A DNA stretch of 64,000 bases, taken from positions 1 through 64,000 of the IMG/VR virus record IMGVR_UViG_3300021963_004854; one strand, given 5' to 3'. Positions within the stretch are counted from its first letter, which is position 1, and the number at the start of each line of letters is the position of its first letter. The translations under genes and the position numbers were made by a program. Under the pieces are notes generated by a model. The model made no database searches. It had not been told where the DNA came from and saw only the letters and a list, made by a program, of their open reading frames with translations. This document shows, piece by piece, positions 25,505 through 34,922 of this stretch. Origin of the DNA: a virus.

Positions 25505-27610
25505 ATGCCCGACCAACAAGTAGATAATAGAAAAACGCTTCAAAAAGCGGGTGACGTAAGAGTCAATCAAATTAAATTGTCGAGAACAGTTGATGGTACT
25601 GTTCTCGATTTGGCGCCGTTTATGGTTGAAATTAATATCTACGAAGATATCTTCACTCCATCACTATATGGCAATCTTGTTATAAGAGATTCTAGAAATC
25701 TAGTTGGACAGTTTCCAATCGTAGGAGATGAAGTTCTTCTATTAGATATTGAAACTCCGGGTATGGCAAAAGCTGGTACGGGTCATGACCCACTAAACAA
25801 GATTGAAAAAGCGTTTGCTGTATATGCAGTAAAAAATAGAACCGTCTATGATGATAAAGAGCAGGTGTATGTTTTACACTTCTGTTCACTCGAGGCAATA
25901 TACGATAACGTAACTCGGTTAAGTAAAAAATATACCGGAACAACAGATGATATTATCTATCAAATCTTCGAGGAAAATCTCAGATTACCTAGATATTTTA
26001 AAGATAACATTTCAGAAAACGAATCAGACGATGCCAATAAAAATACTCTGGTTATCGGTGATACTCCTCATCTTTCTAAAGTATCTTTTGTTTCTCCTAT
26101 GTGGTCGCCTATCGAATGTATCAACTGGTTAGCAAAAAGATCAATTGGAACAAAGCGAGATAAATCACCCACTTTTCTTTTCTATGAGACTACTAAGGGT
26201 TTCTATTGCGTATCTCTAGAGGACCTAATTGTAAATCAAATAGAAAGTGAAATGATTTATTCCGAATATGTCTTTAATGCAAATACTCATCAAAACGAGA
26301 TTAAAGAAAATTATTCGAATGTAGAAAATATCACGTTTAAAACTAACCTTGATATTATACAATCGCAGGATCTAGGTCACTTTACTAGCTCTCTTTACAC
26401 ATTTGATATGATTAAAAAAGAAGATGCTCTTTACTACTATGACCACTCGTTCGGGTTCAAAGATACTGTGCATTTGGAGTCTTACAAAAAAGATGGAAGC
26501 AGTGTTGTTAAGGACGACACAAAAACATACAATATGTTATTTCCATTCAACGTTCTTCGCTCGGCATATTCTAAGCCCATCGTGGCAACTCTAAATCCTG
26601 GCGTTTTAGATTCAACCGAGGATAGTATCGATTTACATCCTGATACTTTTGTTTCTCAGCGTCTAAGTAGTTTGATGGATATCAATACACTGAAACTTGA
26701 GATTACTGTGCCCGGAAGAACAGATGCAGAAGTTGGTAGATTGGTCAGATTTTGGTATCCTTCTGTGGGGCAACAGCAAGGAACTGCCGAATTAGTGTTT
26801 GATCCATTTGTCAGTGGATTATACATGATAACTGCAATTCATCATCAAATAACTATTTTCCGACATACTATGACGTTAGAAATTTCTAAGGATTCTTACG
26901 CAAATCCAATTGTCGACCTAACTCTACCCGAAGACGCACCTGGCTCGGTACAGATTGTGCCGGGTGGTGGAAATAGTAGCAGCAACAATTCATCACCCTC
27001 AAATTCATCTGGTGAGCCAACAACTACACCTGCTCCGAACTCGGGAACCCCATCCGGTTCAAGTGCGCCGGGCAACGCTACGCCTGCAGCCGCAGGAAGT
27101 AAGATGTTCGTATTCGGTGATAGTATCGGTGTTGGTGTTCAAACTGCTGGCAAAGCGCCCGGGGCGGCAACCGGTGGTGATAGTCCTAAAGTTGTATTTA
27201 ATAAGATGACTGCATATCTGTCTAAAAATAATATTAAGGGAGCTACGATACTTCTAAGTAGTGGCGCCTCTAATGGGGCTAAATATGAAGTTCAGGGTGA
27301 TAAAATTTATCCGCAGAGAGAATTTGAATATATCGCAAAGCAAATTGAAGCACTTAAAAAGGCTGGCGCGGCCAAGGTTATTCTGCTTGGAACGGCATCA
27401 GGCTATTCTACTTGGTTCCCCAAAACAAAATATACAAAGGGTAAATATCGAGTTGATTTGCGCGGCGTAAACGATCAATTAAGTAAAATTGCAGCATCAA
27501 GTGGTGCGCAGTTTACTGGACCGCTTGAACAGTTTGACGATTTGAAAACAGATGGAATTCATCCTTTCGGTGGCTACTCTAAAATTTGGAAGAAATACTC
27601 AGGTAAATAA
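25505..27610 (+). CDS. Baseplate hub (gp27-like) fused to a C-terminal SGNH hydrolase domain
   Basis: NIYEDIF, FLFYET, SGLYMITAIHH hub motifs; S/P/G linker; GDSIGVG..SSGASN..DGIHP. Confidence 0.75.
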   Translation: MPDQQVDNRKTLQKAGDVRVNQIKLSRTVDGTVLDLAPFMVEINIYEDIFTPSLYGNLVIRDSRNLVGQFPIVGDEVLLLDIETPGMAKAGTGHDPLNKIEKAFAVYAVKNRTVYDDKEQVYVLHFCSLEAIYDNVTRLSKKYTGTTDDIIYQIFEENLRLPRYFKDNISENESDDANKNTLVIGDTPHLSKVSFVSPMWSPIECINWLAKRSIGTKRDKSPTFLFYETTKGFYCVSLEDLIVNQIESEMIYSEYVFNANTHQNEIKENYSNVENITFKTNLDIIQSQDLGHFTSSLYTFDMIKKEDALYYYDHSFGFKDTVHLESYKKDGSSVVKDDTKTYNMLFPFNVLRSAYSKPIVATLNPGVLDSTEDSIDLHPDTFVSQRLSSLMDINTLKLEITVPGRTDAEVGRLVRFWYPSVGQQQGTAELVFDPFVSGLYMITAIHHQITIFRHTMTLEISKDSYANPIVDLTLPEDAPGSVQIVPGGGNSSSNNSSPSNSSGEPTTTPAPNSGTPSGSSAPGNATPAAAGSKMFVFGDSIGVGVQTAGKAPGAATGGDSPKVVFNKMTAYLSKNNIKGATILLSSGASNGAKYEVQGDKIYPQREFEYIAKQIEALKKAGAAKVILLGTASGYSTWFPKTKYTKGKYRVDLRGVNDQLSKIAASSGAQFTGPLEQFDDLKTDGIHPFGGYSKIWKKYSGK

Positions 27611-27612
27611 TT

Positions 27613-28650
27613 ATGGATAATATTACATCAAACAATAATGCAAATTTTTATTGGTGGTTCGGTTGTGTGGAAGACCGAGACGATCCTCTACGAATGGGTA
27701 GATGCCGCGTTCGTATTATGGGATATCATATCGATGATACTGATATTCTTCCTACTACAGATTTACCTTGGGCTATTCCTATCGGTCCAACAACATCGGC
27801 TGGCACTTCAGGTGTAGGTTGGTCGCCAACTGGTCCAGTTACTGGATCGTGGGTAGTCGGTTTCTTTGCAGACGGCGCAGACGGACAGCACCCTATGTTT
27901 TTCGGAACAGTTGGTTCTATTCCGGGTGGACTTTCTGGAAATGGAGATTGTGAACCGGGTTCTGGACCAGGTAATCAGAACGATCCCACTGGTTCTGGTC
28001 CGGGGTCAGATCAAGATGCTGGCCAGCCAATTAATGGCGGCCCGCCAAACCAAGAGTTTTGGACACTTGTTGCTATTGTTGCGTGTGAGGCTGGCGTAAG
28101 TCTTGCTCGTGCGCAAGATAGAGCCGACGTTGCCCAGACAATTTACAACAGAGCGGCGGCAGCTAAGAAAAATGGATATACCAACGGTGGTGTAAGAGCT
28201 AATATTATCGCTGATAAACAGTATGAACCTTGCTGGTCTAGACCTCGCGCAGGCAAAAAGAACATTGCCAACAATGAATGGAAAAATATCACCGATGTGA
28301 ATAGTGCCGCTAGAGCATGTGGTGGAGGAATAACAGCAAAACAACTTATGGAAGTAGCAAGGCAATTGAAAGACGCAACATATCAAAATAATGCGAAACA
28401 ATTTATTGGTGCAAGAACCGACTTTAGAGGTAACCCACATAAAAATGATGTAATGACTCGTGTAGATAGAGGAAACGGAAATCTTTCTAACGCATTCGGA
28501 TATAATATTAACGGCCGTTATAGGGGTGCAAATGGAATAGCTCAAATTCCAAATTTTGTTACTAGTTATAATTTGGGCGACGGTAAACCAACTGTCACCA
28601 CTACAGCAACCCCCGCTAAGACCACAACTGCCAAACCCGGAGTAAGATAA
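27613..28650 (+). CDS. gp5: gp5 N-terminal OB-fold part with a cell-wall-hydrolase-like domain
   Basis: VEDRDDPLRMGRCRVRI.G.H, LPWA, WVVGFF.DG; then ACEAG..ADVAQTIYNR..QYEP. Confidence 0.82.
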   Translation: MDNITSNNNANFYWWFGCVEDRDDPLRMGRCRVRIMGYHIDDTDILPTTDLPWAIPIGPTTSAGTSGVGWSPTGPVTGSWVVGFFADGADGQHPMFFGTVGSIPGGLSGNGDCEPGSGPGNQNDPTGSGPGSDQDAGQPINGGPPNQEFWTLVAIVACEAGVSLARAQDRADVAQTIYNRAAAAKKNGYTNGGVRANIIADKQYEPCWSRPRAGKKNIANNEWKNITDVNSAARACGGGITAKQLMEVARQLKDATYQNNAKQFIGARTDFRGNPHKNDVMTRVDRGNGNLSNAFGYNINGRYRGANGIAQIPNFVTSYNLGDGKPTVTTTATPAKTTTAKPGVR

Positions 28651-31600
28651 TGGCCGATTTTACCACAATTACATTGACTGCGGAAGACCTTGAGGGGCAT
28701 ATTCGAGCGGTTACTGACAAATATGATGATGATTTCAGCATAGGTTCCTTAAGCTCCGAAGCGATTGCAAAACTACTTACAAATTCTGCCGAAGCTCTCA
28801 ATAAAATATATCCGACCAAGGGTGTATTTGGTGATGGCGGAGTTATTCACACTCTATACGAAAGAGTAGATTCTCGCGGTAGATATGGCGCGTGGCGCTT
28901 TACTGTTCAACAGTTAGTGGACGCAGGCGCAGTTGATCAGACTATTATTCCGTGGGCGGCACAAAGATTGGCTGCATCTGGTGATGGTCCTTATGTAGCA
29001 GAAAGAAGATCATCTTGGGCAGACGAGGCATTAAAGCGTTTTGCCACTGAAAATGATGATATGACTTTTGCTTCTCCGAGAACAGAAGAAAGAAATAATA
29101 TTCAATTCTATCTGCTGGCAAATAATCCACCCGCAGAAATTCCCTTCTCTAAAAAGATGATACGCACTTCTGGGGTATCTCCCTTTGCGTCATTTGTATC
29201 GTCTTCTGAAATCAATCAAGTATATTTTGCTTACGAATATTTACAATTTGTTTACAAGATGTTTGTCACCGCGAGAATTGTAAATGAATTAGGACCCTCT
29301 CAAGAAACTATTGCGGGTCTATTGTCAGTTGCATTGTGCGAAAGTTATGATGCTGCAATAAACTTTTCGAATAACGTTATCAAAACAAACACAGACGGCG
29401 TATCTGCCAGATACTGGTATGATATTGGCTGGAATTCAGTAGCAAAGACTCCTCTTGCTACAACAGAAGCCTCTCCTGTTCCAGATCCGGCTGCTACCGC
29501 AGTAACGAACGTAAAGAGTACCGCAACATCGGAAGAGCCACAAGAAGGTAGTGCGGCGGCAGTTACGTCAACTACTACCGATAATGGGAATCCAAATGCT
29601 GAACCTGAGAAGAGTGATACGCCACCAGCGACAGCGGATTCAGCTCAGGTTGCAGAGGCTGCGGAGGCTACATCTACAGAAAAGAATACGGAAAAATATA
29701 ATAGTAAAACCATAACAGAAAATATTATATCGTTAACATATTCAGTTTCTGGCGCAGAGGGTGCAAAGGGTGCATACTCGGCTAGAGTAATAGAAATTTC
29801 TAATAGCAGAATTTTAGCAGCTTCTACAAGCTCAAGCATTCGTGAAAATATGAAATCCGAATTGCTGTCTCAAATACAATCCCAGCAGGATAAGTATCAG
29901 AGAGATTTAGAAAGCATTGCATCCGATGTTGCCGCTGCAAATCCATTGCTAATAAATTTTGGAAATGCAGAACTTGTTTACCTGTGGCAAGGAACTAGTG
30001 GCACAATTTCTATTCGCTATCAGAGTGATACTATCTCATCTTGTTCCGTTACAAATACAAACTTAGATGAAACCTCAGTTTTACAGTTCATCGCAGATGT
30101 AGATAGTAAAATTAAAACTTTCACCGGCGAAAAGAAAAATGATGTAACTAATGCATTTGATAAATTAAATGTTGCTACATTTGCCAGCGTTAAGAATCTA
30201 TATGATGTAGATGAAAAAAGCAAATATTTAAATGAACTATTAGATTCATTGGCTGCGATAAACTCTTCGATTTCTAGTGGTTTCGATACAGATACTATAC
30301 CACTTGAAAACTGGAGAAATGTCGTAGCGACCCAACCAGCCGCGACAACGGAGACTGGTGAAGATGGCTCAACTTCTGTAACTCAGACACAACAGTTTTC
30401 TGACGGTAGTTCGACAACTGTAAAAGTAACAGAAAATGCAGACGGAACAGTATCGAAGCAGAAAGAAGTTGTTCCAGTTGCGCCGCCTCTAGAGAAAAAG
30501 CCCGATACTAATCTTGAAAAAGAGGGTAATGTTCCTCACCCGGAAACTGATCCTGGTATAGCGTCAGGTCCAAATCACTTATCTTCAAATGATGCGCAAA
30601 ACAAACCACAGAATACTACGACTGCAAATCAGAAAAACCAGTCAAAGGGATTTCAGGATCCTAATAGGACGTATCCATCTAAAGACCATCAAAATAAACC
30701 AGATACTAATCCTCTAGCAGTGGGTGAAAACTCTACACATATTCAGAATTCACCTAAAACACCTGCTGGTGATAAATCTGGAATGAGTCGAGGTGCATCT
30801 CCCGCTGCCAGAAATGCTACAAGAAAACGTGAAGTAAAAATGGCGGGCAGAAATGGCGCAACTTGGTCACAGCCAGAATCGCCATATGCGGCACAATATC
30901 CATATAACAAAGTCTTTGGTGGCGAATCTGGACACGCACTTGAAATCGATGATACTCCTGGTGCAGAAAGATTGAACTTTGCTCACCGCTCTGGTACATA
31001 TGACGAAACTGGCCCAGACGGAACAAAAGTAAGTCGCATCGTCGGTGATGGTTATACTATCTACGACAAAGATGGCTACATATTAATTGAAGGTCAAGCA
31101 AACGTTCACGTTGCTGGTAAATGCAACGTATTCATTGCGGGTGACACCAATCTAACTATGCATGGTAAAGCATCGATTGATATTCATAATGATCTGGACT
31201 TAAACGTTGGCGGTCACATCGCTGTTACTGCCGGTAAGGGTATATTTGTTCGTAACCAAGGCATCTTCTCACTTGATAACGTAGGTGATATTGAAATGCG
31301 AGGTAAGGGCAATCTTACTCAAGAGATTGTTGGTGCATATAACTTAACAACAACCGGTGGTTATAATATGACTTCCAAGGGTGACTCCCATATTAAGGTT
31401 GTTGGAGTTACCTACTCTACTTCTAAGGGTGACATGAACTTCTGCACCGAGGGAGTATTCAAAGCCAAGTCAACTGGTGATATGAACTTGAAGACTGGCG
31501 CTATCATGAAGCAAGAAAGCGCGGGTGCTTTCAACACAAAATCTGGCGCCGCAATCAATCACGAAGGCGCAGGAAATATTAACTTGAAGGCGCCTCTTGT

Positions 31601-32639
31601 TGCATCTTCGCCAATTGATACTTCAACCATTGATGTATCGACTGCAAATGTTACAACACTAAATGCTGGCACAACAAACCTCAAGGGAACACATAACTCA
31701 ACCGATGATACCACAAATATTCGCGGCACAACAACTGCTAGTGTTACTGTACCAGCAAGCGCAGTGGCATCGGTAGAAGCAGATTGCGCACAGGCAGCTC
31801 CATTATCCGCACCAGTTCCTTTGGAGAAGCCAGTAAGTATCTCTCGCGGTGCAAGCAATAATCAGAGTTTAGCGGATTCTGGTAACGCTGGCACGGGTGC
31901 AAATGGAACTGGTCCGAGTAGCACAGGTGAAACTCCTGCCATGGCGACTGACGGTTCAGATAATAGAGATACCAGTTGCGTCAATGGAACAGATGGTTCA
32001 ACATCCAATAATGGTGATGGCGTTAATGACGGCTCAGCTTCTCCGGGTGGTGAAAGCGTAGTTGGTCCATATAATCCTCCGCCAAGTGGACCATATAATA
32101 AATCTCCATCCGGTAAGACTTATGCTCTACCCACTGTTACTGGTAAAAATATTCCACAAACACTGCAACTATCAGATCACTATACTGTTAAAGACCTAAT
32201 GGCTGGTTCTTACTATAAGGGCTATTATCAGTCAGTGAAGCACTGGGCGGTTCAGGATATTCTTATCAATCTTCAAGCAATGGCAAACCTTGTATTGGAG
32301 CCATTGAGACTCAAATATCCAGGCTTCACTATGACTTCTGGGTATAGAACTTATCCATATGCACCTGGTAACGGCGCAAAACTTTCCGCTCACCACATCG
32401 GCTGCGGCATCGATTTTCAGTGGCGAGGAAGAAACTATAAGGGTATGCTAGAAGTTGGTAACTGGATCGCAAAAAATATTGCGGTTGACCAAGTAATCTA
32501 TGAAGCTCAAAGTTGGATTCACATCGGTCTGTATGCACCAAGTGCATCTGGTAGAAAACAAAGAAGACAGTGGTTTGAATCTGATAAGAATGGTAATTCA
32601 ATTAAAGGCAAAATTTATAATGCTGGCATTCGTGTATAA
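28650..32639 (+). CDS. gp5 C-terminal part (beta-helix spike) with a C-terminal peptidase M15 domain
   Basis: YPYNKV..ESGH..EIDDTPGAERL..HRSGT; beta-helix repeats; LEPLR..SGYR..SAH..IDF..WIHI. Confidence 0.8.
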   Translation: MADFTTITLTAEDLEGHIRAVTDKYDDDFSIGSLSSEAIAKLLTNSAEALNKIYPTKGVFGDGGVIHTLYERVDSRGRYGAWRFTVQQLVDAGAVDQTIIPWAAQRLAASGDGPYVAERRSSWADEALKRFATENDDMTFASPRTEERNNIQFYLLANNPPAEIPFSKKMIRTSGVSPFASFVSSSEINQVYFAYEYLQFVYKMFVTARIVNELGPSQETIAGLLSVALCESYDAAINFSNNVIKTNTDGVSARYWYDIGWNSVAKTPLATTEASPVPDPAATAVTNVKSTATSEEPQEGSAAAVTSTTTDNGNPNAEPEKSDTPPATADSAQVAEAAEATSTEKNTEKYNSKTITENIISLTYSVSGAEGAKGAYSARVIEISNSRILAASTSSSIRENMKSELLSQIQSQQDKYQRDLESIASDVAAANPLLINFGNAELVYLWQGTSGTISIRYQSDTISSCSVTNTNLDETSVLQFIADVDSKIKTFTGEKKNDVTNAFDKLNVATFASVKNLYDVDEKSKYLNELLDSLAAINSSISSGFDTDTIPLENWRNVVATQPAATTETGEDGSTSVTQTQQFSDGSSTTVKVTENADGTVSKQKEVVPVAPPLEKKPDTNLEKEGNVPHPETDPGIASGPNHLSSNDAQNKPQNTTTANQKNQSKGFQDPNRTYPSKDHQNKPDTNPLAVGENSTHIQNSPKTPAGDKSGMSRGASPAARNATRKREVKMAGRNGATWSQPESPYAAQYPYNKVFGGESGHALEIDDTPGAERLNFAHRSGTYDETGPDGTKVSRIVGDGYTIYDKDGYILIEGQANVHVAGKCNVFIAGDTNLTMHGKASIDIHNDLDLNVGGHIAVTAGKGIFVRNQGIFSLDNVGDIEMRGKGNLTQEIVGAYNLTTTGGYNMTSKGDSHIKVVGVTYSTSKGDMNFCTEGVFKAKSTGDMNLKTGAIMKQESAGAFNTKSGAAINHEGAGNINLKAPLVASSPIDTSTIDVSTANVTTLNAGTTNLKGTHNSTDDTTNIRGTTTASVTVPASAVASVEADCAQAAPLSAPVPLEKPVSISRGASNNQSLADSGNAGTGANGTGPSSTGETPAMATDGSDNRDTSCVNGTDGSTSNNGDGVNDGSASPGGESVVGPYNPPPSGPYNKSPSGKTYALPTVTGKNIPQTLQLSDHYTVKDLMAGSYYKGYYQSVKHWAVQDILINLQAMANLVLEPLRLKYPGFTMTSGYRTYPYAPGNGAKLSAHHIGCGIDFQWRGRNYKGMLEVGNWIAKNIAVDQVIYEAQSWIHIGLYAPSASGRKQRRQWFESDKNGNSIKGKIYNAGIRV

Positions 32640-32642
32640 ATA
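32635..32642 (+). promoter_or_regulatory. T4 late promoter
   Basis: TATAAATA 5 nt before the gp25 ATG; others at 38005, 40039, 46484, 54958, 59103 and 63724. Confidence 0.75.
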
Positions 32643-32647
32643 TACTC

Positions 32648-33046
32648 ATGGCTATAAAACAAGTAAACAAAATATATTCGGATATTGATCTAAACTTCTC
32701 GTCACATCCCATAACTGGTGATGTGGCGATGAAGTATGATGTGCAGTCAGTAAAGCAGTCTTTAAAAACATTAATTCTTACTCAATACTATGAGCGTCCT
32801 TTTCAGCCAAGATTAGGGTCTCCTATTTACAAATTATTATTTGAGAATTTAGATGTTATTACCGCTAATGCATTGAAGATTCAATTAGAACTATTGATTG
32901 CAAAACATGAGCCAAGAATAAAAACACATACGGTAGACGTTCTTCCTTTGTATGATAGTAATTCTTTTAGAGTTGAAATATATTTTCATGTTATAGGAAT
33001 TTCCGAACCAGCAACATATTCAACTATTCTGAGAAGAAGAAGATAA
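32648..33046 (+). CDS. gp25: Baseplate wedge subunit gp25
   Basis: YSDIDLNF..HP.TGD, ERPFQP.LGS, EPRI. Confidence 0.92.
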   Translation: MAIKQVNKIYSDIDLNFSSHPITGDVAMKYDVQSVKQSLKTLILTQYYERPFQPRLGSPIYKLLFENLDVITANALKIQLELLIAKHEPRIKTHTVDVLPLYDSNSFRVEIYFHVIGISEPATYSTILRRRR

Positions 33047-33047
33047 A

Positions 33048-34922
33048 ATGGCAGAACTAAATGTCTCCGATCTTGATTTTGACACAATCAAAGAAAATCT
33101 AAAAGGTTATTTGAATTCTCAAACGGAGTTTTCAGACTATAATTTTGATGGTTCTGGTCTGTCCATTTTACTTGATATTCTAGCATACAACACTCACTAC
33201 AATGCTACTCTTGCACACCTTGCAGCAAACGAAATGTTCCTCGACAGCGCGGTGAAAAGAGGTTCTGTAGTATCGATTGCAAAGTCTATGGGCTATACTC
33301 CTAGAAGTATGACTTCTGCTAAAGCAGTCTTAGATATTATCATCACGCCATCTACTTCTTACAACTCGACTTCTCTCACATTAGAAAAGACTGTTGGCTT
33401 TTCTGCCGCAGCTAATGGTAAAGTTTATACATTTTATCCAAAAACTTCACAAACGGCGCAAAAGATTAATGAAGTCTTCACGTTCTATGATGTTGAAGTT
33501 GTAGAGGGTTCGAGACTAAAAAATACATTTACAATTGATCAGGCAACTCTTTCTGGTCCGCTAGTTATTCCTAACTTAAATGTTGACAAATCTTCGTTTA
33601 AAGTTATCGTGCAAGAATCCGCGTCTACTCCTACCGTTGAAACATATTCATACTATGACAGCATTTTAGATGTTGATAGCACATCTAAGGTATTTTATGT
33701 GGATGAAAATCCATACGGACTTTATGAGATTAGATTTGGAGATGGTGTAGTCTCGAAACAACTAACTGTAGGAAATATAGTAACTGTAGAATACATTGTC
33801 TCAAACGGACCAGCAGCAAATTATATTTCTGCATTTAGCATGAATGGCAATTTAACTGGCTCTGGCGAAACTAAACAAATATTCACCAATGTATCCGCAG
33901 CTGGTGGAGCGAATGCGGAAAGCATAGAATCTATTCGCTTAAACGCACCTCTGTATAATGCAGCAAAAAATAGAGCGGTAACAGCAAACGACTACTCGGC
34001 GCTTATCAAATCTCGTTTTGATAATGTAAATTCCGTCATGGTATGGGGCGGCGAAGAAAACGATCCACCAGTATATGGCAAGGTTTTTGTTTCTATCGAT
34101 CCTCTGCCGAATTCTATTATTACTGCTTCTGATAAAGACTTTATTGTTAGAGAAATAATTAAGCCAAGAAGCGTTGTGTCGATTCAAACCGAATTCGTGG
34201 ATCCAATTTATCACTATCTCACGGTAAATGCCACGGTGAGATATGATAGAACAGTCACAACAGCAACTAGCGCAACTATTCAGAGCGCGGTAGATGCGGC
34301 AGTTAGAACATACTTCACAGAAAATCTTAACGCGCTAGAGAAGAATTTTTATTATACAGATTTGATCAAATACATTCAGCGAGTTTCTTCTGCTATCTTC
34401 TCGGTTTCTATCGACCTTAAACTTCATAGAAGAATTGGTATTTACGAAGCCGCAGAAAATGTTCTCGATTTAGTATTCAACACAGAAGTCGAACAAAATT
34501 CTTTCCGTAGTTCCAATTTCTTTACTACAATCGGTTCGGCATCAGCAAAAGTATACCTCACAGATAGAATTGATAATGACCCGTTATCAACCACTGGTGA
34601 TATTGTTGCAAGAAGAGTTGACACAGATGAAATACTTCTACGAAATGTAGGAACAATCAATTACACAAATGGAAAAATTCAAATTCCATCTATCTTCATC
34701 ACAAGCACAGTTGATGAATTTAGATTTTATGTTACTCCAGCTGGTACTGCTCCAGATGTATTGACCGTCGACCTAACCAGAATTGCTGATATTTCGACCG
34801 CTGCCGTATTTCCGTTAGCTGCTAGAAATACAGTTCTTAAATTAGACGACTCAGGTGGAAATACGCTAGAGAATATTTCTGCTGGTCTAATTGTGAATGC
34901 AATTCAAAGTGTTGGTAAGTAA
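33048..34922 (+). CDS. gp6: Baseplate wedge subunit gp6
   Basis: LDFDTIK, DYNFDGSGLS.LLD.LAYNTHY, FGDG, RAVT..DY, WGGEENDPP.YGKV. Confidence 0.94.
   Translation: MAELNVSDLDFDTIKENLKGYLNSQTEFSDYNFDGSGLSILLDILAYNTHYNATLAHLAANEMFLDSAVKRGSVVSIAKSMGYTPRSMTSAKAVLDIIITPSTSYNSTSLTLEKTVGFSAAANGKVYTFYPKTSQTAQKINEVFTFYDVEVVEGSRLKNTFTIDQATLSGPLVIPNLNVDKSSFKVIVQESASTPTVETYSYYDSILDVDSTSKVFYVDENPYGLYEIRFGDGVVSKQLTVGNIVTVEYIVSNGPAANYISAFSMNGNLTGSGETKQIFTNVSAAGGANAESIESIRLNAPLYNAAKNRAVTANDYSALIKSRFDNVNSVMVWGGEENDPPVYGKVFVSIDPLPNSIITASDKDFIVREIIKPRSVVSIQTEFVDPIYHYLTVNATVRYDRTVTTATSATIQSAVDAAVRTYFTENLNALEKNFYYTDLIKYIQRVSSAIFSVSIDLKLHRRIGIYEAAENVLDLVFNTEVEQNSFRSSNFFTTIGSASAKVYLTDRIDNDPLSTTGDIVARRVDTDEILLRNVGTINYTNGKIQIPSIFITSTVDEFRFYVTPAGTAPDVLTVDLTRIADISTAAVFPLAARNTVLKLDDSGGNTLENISAGLIVNAIQSVGK

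Noticed and set aside
28640-28660. gp5 split as a pseudogene or assembly frameshift
   Set aside because: Clean TAATG stop-start coupling after a low-complexity tail, like other junctions here; both halves intact
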